Shown here in pieces: positions 9,647-21,415 of a stretch of 48,570 nucleotides of DNA (position 1 is the stretch's first letter; each line of letters opens with the position of its first letter). The notes beneath the pieces are model-generated. The model had not been told where the DNA came from and searched no databases. It worked only from the letters and a program-made list of their open reading frames with translations. Source of the stretch: Candidatus Eiseniibacteriota bacterium (lineage in GTDB: Bacteria > Eisenbacteria > RBG-16-71-46); assembly GCA_041483195.1 (NCBI GenBank), contig JBGPFC010000032.1:1-48570 (forward strand). The letters run 5' to 3'. The translations under genes were made by a program, and so were the position numbers.

Positions 9647-10482
9647 GCCGCTCACTCGCGAACTCCGTGCCCGAGCACGCGCCGGCCTCCGAGCTCGCCG
9701 GCCTCGTGGTGGTCAAGATCGGCGGCCGCGCGCTCGACGCACCGGGCGCGGCCGCGGCGCTCGCGGCCGAGATCGCCTCGCTCCGAGGCACGCTGGTGCT
9801 GGTGCACGGGGGCGGCGCCGAAGTGAGCGCGTGGAGCGAGCGCCTCGGCCTCGCGGCGCGATTTCACGATGGGCTGCGCGTGACCGATGCGGCAACGCTC
9901 GAGGTCGCGACCGCGGTGCTGGCCGGCCTCGCGAACAAGCGCCTGGTCGCGTCGCTCCGCGCCGAAGGCGTTGACGCAGTGGGCATCGCCGCGCTCGATG
10001 GCGGCGTGGCCGAGATCGCACCGCACCCGCAGTCCGATGCGCTGGGCGCGGTCGGCACCGTGGTCGCGGTCGAGCCCGGGCTGCTCGAGACGCTCATCGC
10101 ATCGGGGCGCACGCCGGTCATGGCCAGCATCGGCGCGCGGGGCGGCGCGCTCTTCAATCTCAACGCCGACGACCTCGCGGCATCGCTGGCGGGCGCGCTC
10201 CACGCGCGAGCGCTGGTGCTGCTCTCGGACGCACCGGGGCTCAAGCTCGGGGGCGAGGTGGTGCCGCGCCTCGACCCGGCATCGCTCGACGCCGCGCTCG
10301 CGCACCCCGAGGTGCGGGACGGCATGCGCCCCAAGCTGCGCGCCGCGCGCGAAGCGCTCGCGGCCGGCGTGCGGCGGGTTCATATCGCAGCCTGGACCGG
10401 CAACGGAACGCTCGCGGCGATTCTCGCCGGCGAGGAACGCGGCACCACTATCTTCGCGCCCATTGGCGCAGGACACCCATGA
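9643..10482 (+). CDS. argB: Acetylglutamate kinase
   Basis: VVKIGG, VHGGG, GLRVTD, NLNAD, GMRPKL; GTGA overlap with argC stop. Confidence 0.93.
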   Translation: MSRSLANSVPEHAPASELAGLVVVKIGGRALDAPGAAAALAAEIASLRGTLVLVHGGGAEVSAWSERLGLAARFHDGLRVTDAATLEVATAVLAGLANKRLVASLRAEGVDAVGIAALDGGVAEIAPHPQSDALGAVGTVVAVEPGLLETLIASGRTPVMASIGARGGALFNLNADDLAASLAGALHARALVLLSDAPGLKLGGEVVPRLDPASLDAALAHPEVRDGMRPKLRAAREALAAGVRRVHIAAWTGNGTLAAILAGEERGTTIFAPIGAGHP

Positions 10483-11734
10483 CCGAGCATGCACTGTTGC
10501 CAGCACCGACCAGGCCCGATGGCGAAGCCCTCGCCTTCGCCGAGCTGTTCGCATTCGCGCCGCTCTACCCGTTGCCGAGGCTCGAGATCGTATCGGGCCG
10601 CGGCGCGCGGGTGGTGGACGCCGCCGGCCACGGCTATCTCGACTTCGTGAGCGGGATCGCGGTCAACGCGCTCGGCCACGCCGACCCCGGCCTCGCGCGC
10701 GCGGTCGCGCGCCAGATGAAGCAGCTCGCGCACGTCTCGAACCTGTTCGCGAACCGGCCGGCGATCGATCTGGCCTCTGCGCTGCTGGCCGCGACCGGAT
10801 ACGACCGCCTGTTCTTCTGCAACAGCGGCACCGAGGGCGTCGACGCCGCGCTCAAGTTCGCGCGCGCGCGCGCGCTCGCCACCGGCATGAAGGGCCGCGA
10901 CTTCCTCGCGTTCCGCGGCGGCTTCCACGGCCGCACCGGCTTCGCATTGAGCGCCACCTACACGCCGCACTACCGCGAGCCGTTCGCGCCGCTCATCCCA
11001 GGCGTGCGCTTCGCGGACTTCAACGACATCGCGGGCCTCGACGCCGCGCTCGATCCGCAGGTGTGCGCGGTGATCGTCGAGCCGGTGCAGGGCGAGGGGG
11101 GCGCCGTCGCCGCGCGGCGCGAGTTCCTCACGGCGCTGCGCGCCCGCTGCTCGGCGCTCGGCACCACGCTGATCTTCGACGAGGTGCAGTGCGGCATGGG
11201 CCGCTGCGGACGGCTGCTCGCGGCCGAGCACTACGGCGTGCGCGCGGACGTGACGGTGATGAGCAAGGCGCTGGGCGGCGGCTACCCGCTCGCGGCGGTG
11301 CTCATGTCGCGGGCGCTCGCGGACACGCTGCATCCCGGCATGCACGGCTGCACCTTCGGCGGCAGCCCGGTCGCGGCCACCGCCGGCCTCTACCTGCTCT
11401 CGCGCGTGAACCGGCCCGGGTTCCTCGCGCGCGTGCGGAGCCGCGGCCGCGCGCTGGGCGAGGCGCTCGATGCGCTCAAGGGCCGCCACGCCTCGCTCGA
11501 AGAGACGCGCGGGCTCGGACTGTTGCGCGCGATCCAGATCGCGGCCTCTGCGCCGTTCGATGCGCCGGCGCTGGTCGCGGCCGCGCGCCGGCACGGGCTG
11601 TTGCTGGTGCGCGGCGGCGAGCGCGCGGTGCGGCTGCTGCCGCCGCTCACGGTGACCGAAGCGGAGATCACGGAAGCGATCGAGCGGCTGGAGCGCGCGC
11701 TCGTCGAGCTGGAAGCCTCGGAGGGAAAGCGGTC

Positions 11735-11738
<4 letters not shown>
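10479..11738 (+). CDS. argD: Acetylornithine aminotransferase
   Basis: DFVSGIAVNALGH, NSGTE, FHGRT, EPVQGEGG, DEVQCGMGR, SKALGGG; operon context. Confidence 0.92.
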
Positions 11739-12980
<1,242 letters not shown>

Positions 12981-12991
<11 letters not shown>

Positions 12992-15125
12992 CGCGCGCAC
13001 CCGCGACGTGTGGAGCGGACGGCTCGAGGGCGGGCTTCATCCGCTCGCGCGCACGCTCAACGATTCGCTGCCGGTGGATTCGCGGCTCTGGCCCGAAGAG
13101 CTGGCGCTCACGCGCGCGTACGCGGCGTCGCTGGTCGAGTGCGGCGTGATGAGCGGGGAGGAAGCGCGTGCGTTGAGCGCGGCGTGCGCTTCGCTCGGCG
13201 ACGATCTCGAGGCGGGCGTCGCTTCGCTCTCCGGCGAGGACGTGCACTCCGCGATCGAATCCGCGCTCACCGAACGCTGCGGCGATCCCGCGCGCCGGCT
13301 CCACACCGGCCGCAGCCGCAACGACCAGGTCACGACCCTGATGCGCATGCGCGTCATGCGGCAGTGCGAGCAGGCGGTCGAGGACGTGCGCGCGCTCGAA
13401 CGCGCGCTGCTCGCGCAGGCGCGCGAGGCCGGCAGCCAGCCGGTCGCGGCCTACACGCATCTTCAGCCCGCGCAGCCGGTGCTGCTCGCGCACTGGTGGC
13501 TCGCGCACGTCGAGGCGCTGGAGCGCGACGAGGAGCGCTTCCTCGCTGCGCGCGAATCCGCCGACCGCCTGCCGCTCGGCGCCGCCGCGATCGCGGGCAC
13601 GCCGCTCCAGTACGACCGCCTCGCGCTCGCAGCTCGGCTCGGTTTCAGCCGGCTCGCGGCGAACAGCCTCGACGCGGTGGGCGACCGCGACTTCGCGGTC
13701 GACTACCTGAATGCCGCGGCGCTGCTCGGCGTGCACCTCTCGCGGCTCGCCGAGGATCTCGTGCTGTGGTGTTCGCCGGGATTCGGCTGGTTCGCGCCGC
13801 CCGACGGGTTCTCGACCGGATCGAGCCTGCTGCCGCAGAAGCGCAACCCCGATCTGTTCGAGCTCGCGCGCGGCAAGTGCGGTCGCCTGCTCGGGAACGC
13901 GCAGCGTCTCGCCGTGGTGCTGAAGGGCCTGCCCTCCGGCTATCAGAAGGACTTGCAGGAGGACAAGGAGGCGGTGTTCGACACCGCCGACACGCTCGAG
14001 ACCCTGCTCGCCGCGCTGCCGCTCGCGATCTTCGCCCTCGAGCCGCGTCCCGATCGCATGAGCGAGAGCCTCACCCCCGACCTGCTCGCCGTCGAGCTGG
14101 CCGACGCGCTCGTGTCCGAGAACGTCCCGTTCCGCGAAGCCCACGCCGCCGTCGGCCGCCTGTGGGCCGCAGCCGAGAAGCAGAATGTTGACCCCGCCGA
14201 TCTGCCGCTCGACGTGCGTCTTTCCCTCTCGCCCCACTTCACCGACGCCCGTCTCGCCGCCCTGAGCGTCGAGTCCGCCCTGGCACGCCGCGCCCACAGC
14301 CCCGGCGCCGGCCCCGCCAACGTCGAGCAACAACTCCGAAGAGCCGAAAGTCGACTGGGCACGGGCGATGGCAACCCAGAGGAAACCGACACTGTCGGCG
14401 CAGCGCCCGGCACGGCGGGAGCACGGAGCGACGCTCTCGAGACGCGCGGAGACTGGAGTCGAAGCGCGTCGAGAGGAGCGAGCCGGAGCCAGGATGGCGG
14501 AGGCGAGCGGGCGGCGCGGAGTGCTCCCGCCGTGCCGGACGCGGGGCAGGATGTTGAGCAACGCAACGACGGCATCGTCCTGAGACGCGCCAGACTGGAA
14601 GACGTCCCCGGCATCGCCGGCATCATGGCCGGCTACGTCGCCGAGGGCGTGCTCCTTCCGAGGCCCGTGAGCGAGCTCTACCAGTGCACGCGCGAGTTCC
14701 ACGTCGCGTTGAGCGGCGATCAGGTCGTCGCGTGCGCCGCGCTGCGCCTGCTGTGGAGCGATCTCGGCGAGGTGCGCTCGCTCGCCGTGCGCGGCGATCA
14801 GCATGGCCGCGGGCTCGGCGCCGCGCTCGTCGAGCGCGTGCTCGCCGACGCGCGCGCGCTCGAGTTGCCGCGCGTCATCGCGCTCACGCGCGAGGTCGAG
14901 TTCTTCGAGCGCTGCGGCTTCGCAGCTCAGGCGCGCGAATCGCTGCCGCGCAAGGTGTGGACCGACTGCGTGCGCTGCCCGAAGCGTCACGCGTGCGACG
15001 AAATCGCGGTGGTCATCGATCTGGTGCCCGGCGCGTCCGAAGCCGCTGCGCAGGCCGGCCGTTCGTTCAGCCTTCCCATCCCGCAGCGCGCGCTCGGCGA
15101 GACGCTGCTGCCCATCGTGTCCTGA
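12981..15125 (+). CDS. argH: Argininosuccinate lyase fused to C-terminal GNAT N-acetyltransferase (probable short N-acetylglutamate synthase)
   Basis: HTGRSRNDQ, YTHLQPAQP, GSSLLPQKRNP; C-terminal LLPR, GEVRSLAV, GRGLG, LPRKVWTDCVRCPKRHACDE. Confidence 0.92.
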
Positions 15126-15142
15126 AGGAGGACCCATTCGGA

Positions 15143-16126
15143 ATGAGTGACGCCCCGTCCCACCTCGTGGACCTGCTCGGCCTCGAGCGCGAGCGCGTGA
15201 TCGATCTCTTCGAGGATGCCGACCGCCTGCGCGCCCTGCGCGGCACGCCCCGGGCGCCGCGCCCGCTCGCGGGCCGCACCGCGGCGCTGGTGTTCCACAA
15301 GCCGTCGCTGCGCACCCGCGTGTCGTTCACGGTGGGCATGCACGATCTGGGCGGCGACGCCGTGGACCTCACGCGCACCGAGGTCGCAGAGGACGGACGC
15401 GAGAGCCTGAAGGACGTGGCGGGCGTGCTCTCCGGGATGTGCGATCTCATCGTGATCCGCACCTTCGCGCACGCCACCGTGCGCCGGCTCGCGGCGCACG
15501 CGACGGTGCCCGTGATCAACGCGCTCACCGACTTCTCGCATCCCTGCCAGATCCTCGCCGACCTCTACACGCTGCGGCGCGAGGGGCGCGACCTCGACTC
15601 GCTCAAGATCGCGTGGGTGGGCGACGGCAACAACGTGCTCCACTCGTGGCTCGAGGCCTCGACCATCTTCAACTTCTCGCTGCGGATCGCGGTGCCCGAC
15701 GGGTTCGAGCCCGACGCCGGGCTCTACCTCGAGGCCGAGTCCCGCGCGCGCGGCGGCGTGCAGCGCTTTCGCGAGCCCACCGAGGCGGTGCGCGGCGCCG
15801 ACGTGATCTACACCGACACCTGGACCAGCATGGGGCAGGAGGCACAGGCCGCGTGGCGGCGCATCGCGTTCGCGGGCTACCAGGTGAACGAGGACCTCAT
15901 GAGCCTCGCCCGGCCCGACGCGCTCTTCATGCACTGCCTCCCCGCTCATCGCGGCGAAGAGGTGACGGACGCCGTGATCGACGGACCGCAGAGCGTGGTG
16001 CTCGAACAGGCCGAGAACCGGCTCCACCTGCAGAAGGCGCTGATGGTCGACCTGGTGCGGCACTCGACCGGTGCAAAGCGGCGCGGCGCAATATCGAAGC
16101 CGGCGCAGGCGGTGGCCGCGGTCTAG
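15143..16126 (+). CDS. argF: Ornithine carbamoyltransferase
   Basis: KPSLRTR, HPCQ, GDGNNV, DTWTSMG, HCLP, QAENR; AAGGAGG RBS. Confidence 0.93.
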   Translation: MSDAPSHLVDLLGLERERVIDLFEDADRLRALRGTPRAPRPLAGRTAALVFHKPSLRTRVSFTVGMHDLGGDAVDLTRTEVAEDGRESLKDVAGVLSGMCDLIVIRTFAHATVRRLAAHATVPVINALTDFSHPCQILADLYTLRREGRDLDSLKIAWVGDGNNVLHSWLEASTIFNFSLRIAVPDGFEPDAGLYLEAESRARGGVQRFREPTEAVRGADVIYTDTWTSMGQEAQAAWRRIAFAGYQVNEDLMSLARPDALFMHCLPAHRGEEVTDAVIDGPQSVVLEQAENRLHLQKALMVDLVRHSTGAKRRGAISKPAQAVAAV

Positions 16127-16305
16127 CGCGGGCTTCGGTCCGCAGGAACCGCTGCGACATGTGGCGCGGCGGCGATGGACTCGTCGGCATTCATCTGGCG
16201 AATCCGGGGGCCCGCAACCCGTCCGCCACCGCGTCCGTAGAGGCGGGCATCCACAGGTCCACCGGCGCGCCATGCGCGCTGCACATCCGAACAGCGAGGC
16301 CCCCC

Positions 16306-16941
16306 ATGAAGCCCCTTGCCCTCATGGTCCTGCTCACGCTCGGCGCCGCCAGCCCCGCGGCCGCCACCAACCTCGGCTCGATGGAAGCAAGCTGGCCCGC
16401 CGGGAGCGCCCACCGCGTTCGCGTCGAGTTCCCGACCGGCCAGCTGGTGGTGGTCGCGACCGACCAGCCCACCATCCGCGCGATCCTCACCGTGCGCTGC
16501 GAGTACGGCGGGCGGTCGTGCATCGAGCGCTCGAGGAAGATTCGCATGCTCTCGGACCAGAACGGCGGAACGCGCCTGCTCAAGGTCGAGGGCATTCCGA
16601 AGCTCAACAACCACGGGCTCAAGGTGGAATTGCGGGTCGAGGTGCCGCGTGCGCTCGCGGTGGATCTCGACGCCGGCGCGGGCGACGTCACGGTGGATGG
16701 CGTCGAGGGCGACGTGGTGATCGCGCTCGGCGTGGGCGACGTGGAACTTTCCATGCACGAGCGCGACGTGCACTCCATGCACCTCAACGTCGGAATCGGG
16801 GACGCGAGCGTGGACCGTCACGGCCACCGCGAGGAGGTGTCGGGCTTCCTGAGCAAGACGGTGCGCTGGAGCGACGGCCCGGGCCATTCGCGCGTGAGCG
16901 TCGAGCTGGGGATCGGCGACATCAGCGTCCAGCTCGACTAG
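16306..16941 (+). CDS. Exported beta-strand repeat protein (DUF4097/adhesin-like)
   Basis: Signal peptide; LRVEVPR and repeated GxGD(V/A/I) motifs. Confidence 0.65.
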   Translation: MKPLALMVLLTLGAASPAAATNLGSMEASWPAGSAHRVRVEFPTGQLVVVATDQPTIRAILTVRCEYGGRSCIERSRKIRMLSDQNGGTRLLKVEGIPKLNNHGLKVELRVEVPRALAVDLDAGAGDVTVDGVEGDVVIALGVGDVELSMHERDVHSMHLNVGIGDASVDRHGHREEVSGFLSKTVRWSDGPGHSRVSVELGIGDISVQLD

Positions 16942-17034
16942 CCGCGCGGCGCGGGCTCGCGAAGCGCGCGGCACGCGCGCCCCACCGCGTCCCGACCGCC
17001 GGTCGTCGCCCGCCGCTGTGCTATCTTCGCGCGC

Positions 17035-18945
17035 ATGCTCGCCGTCGCCCTGCTGTCGGTCACGCTGGCCGCCGCGCATGTCACGCACGCCGTGGGTCGC
17101 GCGCGTCCCGCGCCCGCCCCCCCGCGGCCGGTGCCCGCGACCGCGCCACTTCAGGCTCCCGCCCCCGACTCGCTTCGCGCGCCTCCGGCGCCGGCGCCTG
17201 CGCCCGCGGCGATCCCCGTCTACTGGCAGACGCGCGCGGAGCGCACCAATTATCGCCAGACCCCGGAGTTCGACGAGACCGTGCGCTACTGCCGCCAGCT
17301 CGAGGCCGGGACGCGCTGGATCCGCGTGATGAGCTACGGCACGAGCGGCCAGGGCCGCGAGTTGCCGCTCGTGATCGTCTCGAAGGACATGGCCTTCACC
17401 CCGGAGGCCGCGATCGCGACTGGCAAGCCGATCTTGCTCATCCAGAACGGCATTCACTCCGGCGAGATCGAGGGCAAGGACGCAACGCTCGCGCTGATTC
17501 GCGACATCGCGGTGCTGCGCACGCGTTCCGCGCTGCTCGATCACTGCATCCTGCTCGTGCTGCCGATCTTCTCGGTGGACGCGCACGAGCGCCACAGCCG
17601 CTACAACCGCATCAACCAGAACGGCCCCGAGGAGATGGGCTGGCGCTCGACGCCGATCGGGCTCAATCTCAACCGCGACTTCATGAAGGCCGAGGCGCCC
17701 GAGATGCGCGCGATGCTGTCGCAGGTCTTCACCCGCTGGTGGCCGCACCTGCTGCTCGACAACCACACCACCGACGGCGCGGACTTCCGCCACGACATCG
17801 GCTACGGGTTCAATCACGGCGCCGGCGTGCCCGCCGCGCTGGATCGCTGGCTCTCCGAGGCGTTCGAGGGCCGCGTCGTGCCGCGGCTCGTGGCGATGGG
17901 CCACCTGCCATCGCCCTATCTCACGTTCCGCAAGGGCAACGATCCGCAGAGCGGCATCGATTTCGGCAATTCCGGCCCGCGCTTCTCCGACGGCTACGCG
18001 GCGCGGCAATGCCGGCCCGGGATCCTCGTCGAGACCCACATGCTGAAGCCCTACGAGTCGCGGGTGCGCGCGACCTACGACCTGATGGTGGCGCTGCTCG
18101 AGGAGATCAACGCGCATCCGGCCGCGCTGACCGGCGCGGTCGCCTCCGCCGAAGCCGAGGTGATCGCGCGCGCGCGCGACGCCACCCCCGCGCGGCGCGA
18201 AGTGGTGCTCGCCACCCGCACCACCGACCGCAGCGTGCCGTTCGAATTCAAGGGCGTGGTCACGCAACGCGACTCGAGCGGCGTCACCGGCACCTCGGTT
18301 CCGCGCTACACCGCCGAGCCGTGGGACGTCACCGTTCCGTTGTTCCGCGAGACCGAGGCGACGCTCACCGTGCGCGAGCCGGCGGGCTACCTGGTCCCGC
18401 GGGCGTGGAGCGTGTGCCGCGACCATCTCGACCTGCACGGCGTGCGCTATCGGCGCTTCGCCAGGGCGTGGACCGACACGGTCGAGGTACAACGCATCGT
18501 GGCGTGGAAGGACACCGCGCTGTTCGAGGGTCACCGCCCCACGCTCGCGCGCGAGGTCGCGCTCGAGCGCCGCGCCCGCACCTGGCAGCCGGGCGATCTC
18601 TGGGTTCCGTGCGATCAGCGCTCGGGGCTGGTGGCCGTGAACCTGTTCGAGGCGCAGGCGCCGGACGGGCTCATGTACTGGAACGCGTTCGACACCGTGT
18701 TCCAGGCCAAGGAGTACGCGGAGGACTACGTGATGGCGCCGATCGCCGAGAAGATGATGCAGGACGATCCCGCGCTCGCGCGCGAGTTCATCGCGCGGCT
18801 CTCCGCCGACAGCTCGTTCGCGAACAGCCCACGCGAGCGCGTGAACTTCTTCTACACGCGCTCGAAGTGGGCCGACCCGGAGCAGAACATCCATCCGGTC
18901 GCGCGCGCGCTGCGCGTGCCGCCCGAGAGCGTGCTCGCGCCGTAG
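17035..18945 (+). CDS. Exported M14 family zinc metallopeptidase
   Basis: GIHSGE, NLNRDF, LLDNH; signal peptide plus Pro/Ala linker. Confidence 0.88.
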   Translation: MLAVALLSVTLAAAHVTHAVGRARPAPAPPRPVPATAPLQAPAPDSLRAPPAPAPAPAAIPVYWQTRAERTNYRQTPEFDETVRYCRQLEAGTRWIRVMSYGTSGQGRELPLVIVSKDMAFTPEAAIATGKPILLIQNGIHSGEIEGKDATLALIRDIAVLRTRSALLDHCILLVLPIFSVDAHERHSRYNRINQNGPEEMGWRSTPIGLNLNRDFMKAEAPEMRAMLSQVFTRWWPHLLLDNHTTDGADFRHDIGYGFNHGAGVPAALDRWLSEAFEGRVVPRLVAMGHLPSPYLTFRKGNDPQSGIDFGNSGPRFSDGYAARQCRPGILVETHMLKPYESRVRATYDLMVALLEEINAHPAALTGAVASAEAEVIARARDATPARREVVLATRTTDRSVPFEFKGVVTQRDSSGVTGTSVPRYTAEPWDVTVPLFRETEATLTVREPAGYLVPRAWSVCRDHLDLHGVRYRRFARAWTDTVEVQRIVAWKDTALFEGHRPTLAREVALERRARTWQPGDLWVPCDQRSGLVAVNLFEAQAPDGLMYWNAFDTVFQAKEYAEDYVMAPIAEKMMQDDPALAREFIARLSADSSFANSPRERVNFFYTRSKWADPEQNIHPVARALRVPPESVLAP

Positions 18946-18989
18946 CGCACCGCGCCTCCTCGGCGCCAAGGCGCACGACTCCCGCCCCG

Positions 18990-20189
18990 ATGACCGACCG
19001 CCGCCTGCTCTACGCCACCGCTTTCATGCGCGCGCTCGCCACCGGCATGGTGGGAGTGATCGCGGGGCTCTACCTCGCGCGGCTCGGATTCTCGCCGGCG
19101 ACCAGCGGGCTCGTGATCGGCGGCGGGCTCGCGGGCGCGGCGGTCGCATCGTTCCTCGCGACGGTCGGCGCTGATCACTTCGGGCGGCGCCGCTTCCTGG
19201 TCCTGCTCACGATCTGCGGCGCGGCGGGGGGCACGGTCGTCGCGCTCGGATCGAGCGCGGCGGTGATCGCGGTCGCGGCCTTCATCGGCATGCTGAACGG
19301 CATGGGTCGCGACCGCGGCGCGGCGCTGGTCGTCGAGCAGGCGATCCTGCCCGCCACCGTCGACGATCGCGACCGCACCCGCGCCTTCGCCTGGTACAAC
19401 GTCCTCCAGGACTCCGGCCACGCGCTCGGGAGCCTGCTGGCGGCGGCGCCGGCGGTGCTGCGCGCCGGGTTCGGCATGGACGAGCTGCACGCGCTGCGGA
19501 TCGCGATGCTGTTCGCCGCGCTCCTCACGCTGGTCGCGGCCGCGCTCTACCCGCGGCTCTCGCGCACGGTCGAGGCCACCGTCGAGGCGAAGCGCGTCGT
19601 GGTCTCGCCAGAGACCCGGCGCATGCTGTGGAAGATCTCGTCGCTCTTCACCATCGACGCGCTGGGCGGCGGATTCCTCACCGCATCGCTGGTCTCGTTC
19701 TTCTTCTTCAAGCGCTTCGGCGTCGACGAAGCCGTGCTCGGCCCGCTGTTTTTCGCGGCGCGCGTGCTCAACGCGTTCTCGCACCTGGGCGCGGCCTGGC
19801 TCGCGAAGCGTATCGGGCTCGTGAACACCATGGTGTTCACGCACGTCCCATCGAGCGTGCTGCTCGCATCGGTCGCGATCGCGCCCAACTTCGCGGTGGC
19901 CGCGATCCTGTTTCTCATGCGCGAGGGGCTGGTCGAGATGGACGTGCCCACGCGGCAGTCGTACGTGATGGCGGTGGTGAGACCCGAGGAGCGCACCGTC
20001 GCGTCCGGCGTGACCAGCCTGGTGCGCATGGCGGGATGGGCGGTGGGCCCCGCGTTCGCGGGGCTTTTCATGCAGGGGCTCGCCATGTCCGCGCCGCTGG
20101 TGGTGGGCTCGGCGCTCAAGATCGGCTACGACGTCCTGCTCTACCGCGCGTTCAGCAAGGTGAAGCCGCCGGAGGAGCGGGCGGCATAG
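18990..20189 (+). CDS. MFS transporter
   Basis: About 12 TM helices, ADHFGRRR motif A, MDVPTRQSYVM. Confidence 0.88.
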   Translation: MTDRRLLYATAFMRALATGMVGVIAGLYLARLGFSPATSGLVIGGGLAGAAVASFLATVGADHFGRRRFLVLLTICGAAGGTVVALGSSAAVIAVAAFIGMLNGMGRDRGAALVVEQAILPATVDDRDRTRAFAWYNVLQDSGHALGSLLAAAPAVLRAGFGMDELHALRIAMLFAALLTLVAAALYPRLSRTVEATVEAKRVVVSPETRRMLWKISSLFTIDALGGGFLTASLVSFFFFKRFGVDEAVLGPLFFAARVLNAFSHLGAAWLAKRIGLVNTMVFTHVPSSVLLASVAIAPNFAVAAILFLMREGLVEMDVPTRQSYVMAVVRPEERTVASGVTSLVRMAGWAVGPAFAGLFMQGLAMSAPLVVGSALKIGYDVLLYRAFSKVKPPEERAA

Positions 20190-20231
20190 CGGCGCGCACC
20201 CCGCCCGCGCGCCGGCCCGCGAATCCGCCCG

Positions 20232-21221
20232 CTACGGCATCCGCGCCGCGCGCGGCTTGAGCCCCAGCTTCGCGAGCGCGGACTGCATGCCCGGATCGTG
20301 CAGCTTCCAGTACTCGAGCCGGTCGCTCGCGAGCAGCTTCGCCTTCTCGCCATCGCTCGATTCCCACTGGATGACGCGGTGCGGCTCCTCGCGCTCGACG
20401 TAGAAGGTCCAGGTGCGCCCGCCCGCGAGCGCGGCGGTCAGCACGTCGGTGTCGAACGTCCCGGCGGGCACCGTGATCTTCTTCGGCTGCGCCTCGCGCT
20501 TCAGCGTCGCCTTCTCCCAGCCGAGCGGCCGATGGAGCAGGCGCGACCACTCGAGCGATCGCAGCAGCTGCACCTCGCGCGCCTCGCCCGGCGCGAGCAC
20601 CGGGGAGGCGAAGCCGCGCGCCCAGAGCAGCAGCGCGTCTTCCGATCCGCCATCCGGCGGCGCCGGCATGGACTCGTGCCGGTCCGCCTCGCCGTCGAAG
20701 TAGCTGTGCAGGTCGACGCGCACCGCCTTCGCGTCGAACAGCGCCTGGCTGTAGACGTTCCCGCACCATTCCTGCGACGAGAACGACACCTTGGTGGGGG
20801 CGCCGGACGATCGCCCGTTCACAGGCGTGAGCGCTGTGAAGACCGACGTCATCAGGTTGTAGTCGTAGATCCCGGTGGGAAAATCCTGCACCAAGTTGAG
20901 CTTCATCACCGGGTACTCGTCGGTCTTCGGGTGCTGCCCCGGATCCGACTTGACGCGCAGCGTGTTCGAGAAGGTCTCGGTCACGAAGATGGTGACCGCC
21001 ATGCCGGCGCGCAACGACCCGTAGCGCGGGAAGGTGAGGTCGTACCCGGCCAGCTCCGCTCGCCCGTCGCCCCATCGCTGCCAGAACGCGCTGCCCGCCG
21101 TCACGTCGGCGGGGCGGGTGAGCGGCGCGGCGGCGAGCGGGCCCGCGGCGCCCGCCATTGCGATGGTCGCGATCGCGAGCATCGCGGCCGCGAGAAGACG
21201 ATTCGTACGCTGCGTGATCAT
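20232..21221 (-). CDS. Exported conserved hypothetical protein
   Basis: AAGGAG RBS before ATG 21221; signal peptide; conserved-looking blocks WGDGRAEL, VMKLN, TGIYDY, QEWCG, HSYF. Confidence 0.7.
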   Translation of the reverse strand: MITQRTNRLLAAAMLAIATIAMAGAAGPLAAAPLTRPADVTAGSAFWQRWGDGRAELAGYDLTFPRYGSLRAGMAVTIFVTETFSNTLRVKSDPGQHPKTDEYPVMKLNLVQDFPTGIYDYNLMTSVFTALTPVNGRSSGAPTKVSFSSQEWCGNVYSQALFDAKAVRVDLHSYFDGEADRHESMPAPPDGGSEDALLLWARGFASPVLAPGEAREVQLLRSLEWSRLLHRPLGWEKATLKREAQPKKITVPAGTFDTDVLTAALAGGRTWTFYVEREEPHRVIQWESSDGEKAKLLASDRLEYWKLHDPGMQSALAKLGLKPRAARMP

Positions 21222-21356
21222 GCGGTGCTCCTTTCGGTCGCGTCGCGATTCACGGAATGCCGGAGCATACGCCAGCCCCGGCGGGCGGTGACAACGCGGC
21301 GACCCGCAGCCTCGCGGGCCGCGGCCTCCGCGGTTCACCGCGTCGCGCGCCGCCCG

Positions 21357-21365
21357 TGTTATCCT
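21357..21365 (+). promoter_or_regulatory. Extended -10 promoter element for the M61 peptidase gene
   Basis: TG-T-TATCCT about 50 nt upstream of ATG 21416. Confidence 0.4.
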
Positions 21366-21415
21366 CCCGCGGCTTCGCGCCACGATTGCCTCAACGCCGA
21401 CACGAGGGCTCCCCC

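Noticed and set aside
15143..16126. ArgF as an acetyl- or succinyl-ornithine transcarbamylase because of SLRT
   Set aside because: DxxxSMG and HCLPAHRG are retained, which fit ordinary OTC
16071..20189. 1372-aa ORF, and similarly over-long ORFs at 4263, 8854, 9887, 14684, 15439, 40134 and 32825
   Set aside because: N-terminal parts are Arg/Ala-rich off-frame overlaps of real genes; true starts are further downstream
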